DNA of 63,517 nt, filler included, from Sphacelaria rigidula (Eukaryota), in the NCBI GenBank assembly GCA_964200075.2. It is 9 parts of 9 records of this genome, joined end to end, with 100 filler letters (N's around TTAATTAATTAA, not from the genome) between each part and the next. Parts side by side here need not be neighbours in the genome. Positions count along the whole stretch, not along the records: positions 56,550 to 63,517 come from CAXNAA020017156.1; 8 more parts are not named here. One strand, 5' to 3'. The notes under the pieces are model-generated. The model searched no databases. It worked only from the letters and a program-made list of their open reading frames with translations, and was not told the DNA's origin. Shown piece by piece: positions 59,201 through 63,517 of the stretch (its first letter is position 1; the number at the start of each line of letters is the position of its first letter). Position numbers and translations under genes: made by a program.

Positions 59201-61329
59201 TCGACTAAAATGGTGCAGCAGCTTAATTTCAAGTATACTAGTGCGCCACTCTAAGTTCAAGTATACTGATGTAGCATATTCGCGCACCGGACTCAAATTG
59301 ACGTTCTTCCCCCTGGCGAAGATCACACATATGGGAGTTTGTACTGTTTTGCGAGAGTTTTGTCGATGCATACAATTGGACACACTTCGCCCGTCGCGTG
59401 ATATCATTGGACAAACCCAACCCGACCGCTCCGGGGCTTCATTTTTGGTGCACCCATGACGTATGCTTCTAGACTCTTCTTCGGTCTTCCACGGTAAAAA
59501 TGGTTGCCGTCGGTCTTTTCTGTTTCCGTCTCTTCTTTGTCACAATTTGAAATAATGAGGCGTCTAGCCCGGGGACGGGACGGGAGGGTTCCGAAAGGGT
59601 TCTAATGCATATGATGATGTGTATGGCCACATGTTTTGACCCTTCTGCCATCGAACCAACAGTTGGGCGAACCGACGGGCTCTAGAGCGGGGTTATATAT
59701 ATATATATATATATATGTACATGTCTTTGTGGCACGAGAGCTACTTCGTACTTTGAAACCTCGAAAATACCACACACGTCCAACGCCGGCGGTTCCGCCG
59801 TCGGCCTCCGTCCGAATTCCCATGTTTCCGGACGACACCCGAGAACACATGCGATGTTCTGTTCAGCCACAGTCACTTACTGTACATTGAGATACAACAA
59901 CCCCTATTAACCACATATTTTCGACTTGCGTCACCCCCGGGAGGCCCGTACCAACCTCCCGAAGGGGAACCTTGTGTATATATATATATATATATCATTT
60001 GCACAAGAGATAACACTCACTCTACATGAAAAAATACTATTGTTACGCATGTGTCGCGTGTCACACTTTTCCGTGCATAAGCCACGACAAGCAGCATATT
60101 GCCGTCGCTGTACAGCAAAACGGCGTAGCAGCCACCACCACACCAGCAGCAGCAGGTGCATAGATGGGTTGACTGAAGCACATGAACTGATCCGCTACCA
60201 ACCCGGCCGTCGCCACAAAAAACAAACGCACTTGAGGTAAAATGACCGGAACCCTCGGTGATGAAACTCGAGGAGGCGGGGAGATGGGAGAAGACAGGGA
60301 AGAACAAACGCAGTAAACGCGGGTACGAAATAACAAAGGGGGAAGGAAAGCAAAGCGGAAGCGAAAATACAAGCAGACGGAACACGTCAGGCCACGATCA
60401 ACTGCGGGTTCCGAGAAGGGGAGCGGGCAACAAAAAAGTGGGAGACCCCTGCGGCGTGGCTTCCGGTAAGGACGCCGTACTAAACGAAACAAGACTGAAA
60501 CTAGAGAACAAAAGGACGTAGAAGAAGGATACGACTCCGCTGTATGGGGACCATACTATTTGGGCGGAAGTTCTTACCCACGGGCGTTACAGGAGTGTGA
60601 CATGAACCCTGAAGTGGCGTCGAGAGAATACAGAACGAGCAAAAGACGAAAGCGAGGCACAAGGAGACGAAGAAAACGAAGAAGAAGCAAGGAGAGGGAA
60701 AGAGCGAGGGTGTACTCATGATCTTGCATGCCGTAGTCATACGACCATTGACCTCGCATACCTACAAGGCCCGGACGAAGCACGCCGTTTTTTTTCTTCA
60801 CCTGACCAGACTCGCACTCAATCGCCATGCGTGAAGCGCCGTCATGTGTTCGGCGAGTCGCATGAAAGGTGGGCTGCATCCTGCTAAGATTGTTCGGCCC
60901 CAAGCGCACTGATTATCTTGCATTCGGATGGCAGCCGAGTTGTTTCATTTCCTGACGTAGCCACTTCCAAAGACAGCCACGGGTTACACACTGCGTCCAT
61001 GGGTGCCATCACAGGAGAGAGGGAGGGAGAGCGAAAGGAAGAAATAAAGCAAACGATAGGGATAGTAACAAAAAGAAGGAAACCTGAACACAGCTGACCA
61101 ACATAGCGAAAGTTGCATGCCGACGGGCATGTTAACAGCCGAGAGTACAATGCAGGCGTATATCACTTGAGCCTTACCGCTGATCGCTAGTCAGGGATAA
61201 AGTGGGTTACTCTCTCGACCATTTCCATGCTGCATTCCTCGCGGGCTGTCGCTGCTGTTGTTGACCTGCGGTGGCAGCTCTCCTATTCGTGGCCCTCAGG
61301 GTATCCCGGCCCAAAGTCTCTTGCTCGTG

Positions 61330-61900
61330 ACCTAGGTTGGGTTTGCGCAGATTTTATGGTCGCCTCGCCTCCTTTGACTGCTGCTTCCCTTTCTCGTCCC
61401 CCAGGTGGTACATGCCCATGATACTTGTGGCAGCGATGCAATCTTGCAAGTCTTTGACATTTACACCGTAGACAAACCGCTTCCTTCACTCTCCCTTGCG
61501 TGGGTTAGCCTTAACCCTTAGACCGCGAGGGTAGTCTTATCTGGATCATGTGTACTTTTTTCAAGTGAAACTGATGCCGATTCAACAGATGACCTACTCT
61601 CGCTGTCTCAGGGTTAAAGCGCGCAGGTTCTTCTGGAGGCAGTATCCCCAATGTTTGGATTGCCGCCCAGCCTCCTTGGGCCGCTGTGACCCCCCGTACA
61701 AACATGATGTACTTCGGGAGACGTGTTTCGTCCTGTCGGACAAGGACCCCGGCGAACGGAAGCTGGCGCTCGCGGATGGTCGTCTCCATACGCTCGCGTT
61801 GGGCCATCTCGAGCGCAGCTATGCATTCAAGAGGCTTCTGTCCACTGCGATTCTTCCTACGGGAGCCAACTGCTCGCGGTATGCATATGACCATGCACGC
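61330..61900 (-). pseudogene. LINE RT C-terminal fragment interrupted by a MITE
   Basis: VGSRRKNRSGQKPL...METTIRERQLPFAGVLVRQDETRLPKYIMF...CLQKNLRA | MITE | ANPRKGE*RKRFVYGVNVKD. Confidence 0.8.
61515..61613. mobile_element. 99-bp piggyBac-type MITE with TTAA duplication
   Basis: TTAA|CCCTTAGACCGCGAGGGTAG...CTACTCTCGCTGTCTCAGGG|TTAA, i.e. CCC...GGG termini. Confidence 0.9.
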
Positions 61901-62149
61901 ACGAGGATGTCCACGCAACAGCAGCAGCAGCATGGCGTATGAAAACGGAAATTCTTGCACTCTCCTTTCTCAAATGTAGAAATGCTGCTGCAAGCCTGTC
62001 CGTGGAAGGTCCAGCTTCTTGCACGTTTGCTGCTATCCGTTTACGTTCATTTAGCACCCATCTACGCCAGGTCTATGCGATTGAAAAGGAATATCCTCGA
62101 ACAATCCGCGAGGCTTTCAGCAGGTATAATGTCGAGAGAAGAAAGCATA

Positions 62150-62354
62150 CAAGGGCAAGTCGAGTAGAGTATACTCAATTGCGGGGTATTTTGAAAGACG
62201 TACTTGGGGTACTCGAGTCAGGGTAGAGTGTTGGGAGTCGTACCCAAAAAATAGCTGGGAAGCGATTCCTGAAATTTTACCTCCAATTTGTGTACTTTAA
62301 GTACGACTTTCAAAATGCCCCGCAATTGAGTATACTCTACTCGACCTACCCTTG
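62150..62354. mobile_element. 205-bp hAT-type MITE with perfect 8-bp TSD
   Basis: TIRs of about 55 bp (caagggcaagtcgagtagagtatactcaattgcggggtattttgaaag / ctttcaaaatgccccgcaattgagtatactctactcgacctacccttg). AAAGCATA lies at 62142-62149 and 62355-62362. Confidence 0.92.
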
Positions 62355-63517
62355 AAAGCATAGGCGTTCAAAGTATTGGTCTTTTGACCGCGACGGGCTT
62401 GAAATCCGTACTGAAGGACGGGACCATGTACAAAGATCAATGCAGGGCGCGATGCATGGGCGTACCTGAACCCACATTGACTACTTCGCGATGAAACGCT
62501 CAGGTTGACCGCTCGGACACCAGATCTCTTTTCGGAACAACATCTCCAGTTGACCTTTCAAAGCCGGAAACCCCGAATGCTACAGCTGAGTCGTAGCTCC
62601 TCCTTGTGTCGCCACCACCGCCCCCTAGGGAGAACATACGGTGTCTTCCATGGTCCTTCATCCTGCTTGGCTCTTATGTAGTGTTTGCCCCTCTGGCCGC
62701 CAAATGGTGTTCAATCTTTTAAATCGACGTCATCTTTACTTGAAAAAGTAACTACCAAGTGTCCGCTTGCCGGGCGCTAAAAGGGGCAGCACAAACAGAT
62801 TATTTTTCATATTCCCAGCATAAGTGAGCATACGGTCTCTGCGGGGTAGGTGGCGCCAGAGGGGTCAAGGTCGCTCTCCGGTTTGGGTGTCCTGTCTTCC
62901 CGAAACGGAATGGTAGCAGCGAGAAAGCCTCTTCATCGCGAGATCGTGCACAAGACGCCAGCAAGATCCCTGCGCTGACGACCCCGAAATTGCTGTCGCA
63001 TCGCCTACTACGAAGTGCCAGGGAGAAACGTGGGTTTGTATGGTCGAAGGGAGAACATACATACCGCTCTCCCCTTGTGATATCACGATGGCCATTGTGT
63101 CGACCTGCGCTTGTTTGTCGTGCCCGGGCGGCAGTGGAAGGAAGTGGAAGTATGGCGCGCCATGCGCATGCACTCTTGATCGCTACGCCGTACGATTTTT
63201 GTCCTGTGGAGCCCGACGTGCTCAGGAAGGTACACGCACACGAATACGTATTTTTTTAGGGCTGTGAACTGGCTGCTCTGGCCAGTCAAGTTAAATCTAG
63301 CCGCGCCAGAGGCCTGTACATCGATCTTTTCCCAGTTAACCGGCGGAAAAGCATCGGCGGCGGGCGACGAAACCGCAAGCCGCAAACGCCCCCCCCCTCC
63401 CGGCTGGTGAGGTTAGACACCCATGAGGCAGTGTAAAAGCTGTGGCTGTCTCTGGAAGTGGCGATACCGCAGAATGAAGCAACTCATTGCTGGCTGACAT
63501 CCAAATGCAAGATAATC

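Overview
This window is not one locus. It is nine unrelated contigs of 6,968-6,969 bp (1-6969, 7070-14038, 14139-21107, 21208-28176, 28277-35245, 35346-42313, 42414-49381, 49482-56449, 56550-63517), joined by artificial N44-TTAATTAATTAA-N44 linkers. The DNA is eukaryotic and most likely from a brown alga or related photosynthetic stramenopile (inference from bipartite signal + 'ASAFAP'-type plastid presequences, long GT-AG introns and CCCTAA repeats). Most of it is transposon-derived: decayed LINE reverse transcriptases, a tRNA-derived SINE family (4 copies), a Ty3/gypsy-like gag-protease element with a very long gag region, and MITEs with TA, TTAA or 8-bp target duplications. Host genes I can reconstruct are a head-to-head pair of plastid-targeted genes (PsbP-domain protein and peroxiredoxin Q) and a multi-exon Ser/Gly-rich protein of unknown function. 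The most unusual observations are (1) an LTR-retroelement segment with inverted LTR-like repeats and an inverted gag 5' half, the geometry expected of an autointegration product, and (2) an unrecognised protein C-terminal domain found as diverged paralogues on two contigs. Most short ORFs in the supplied track look like noise. All family assignments are by-eye motif recognition, not database searches.
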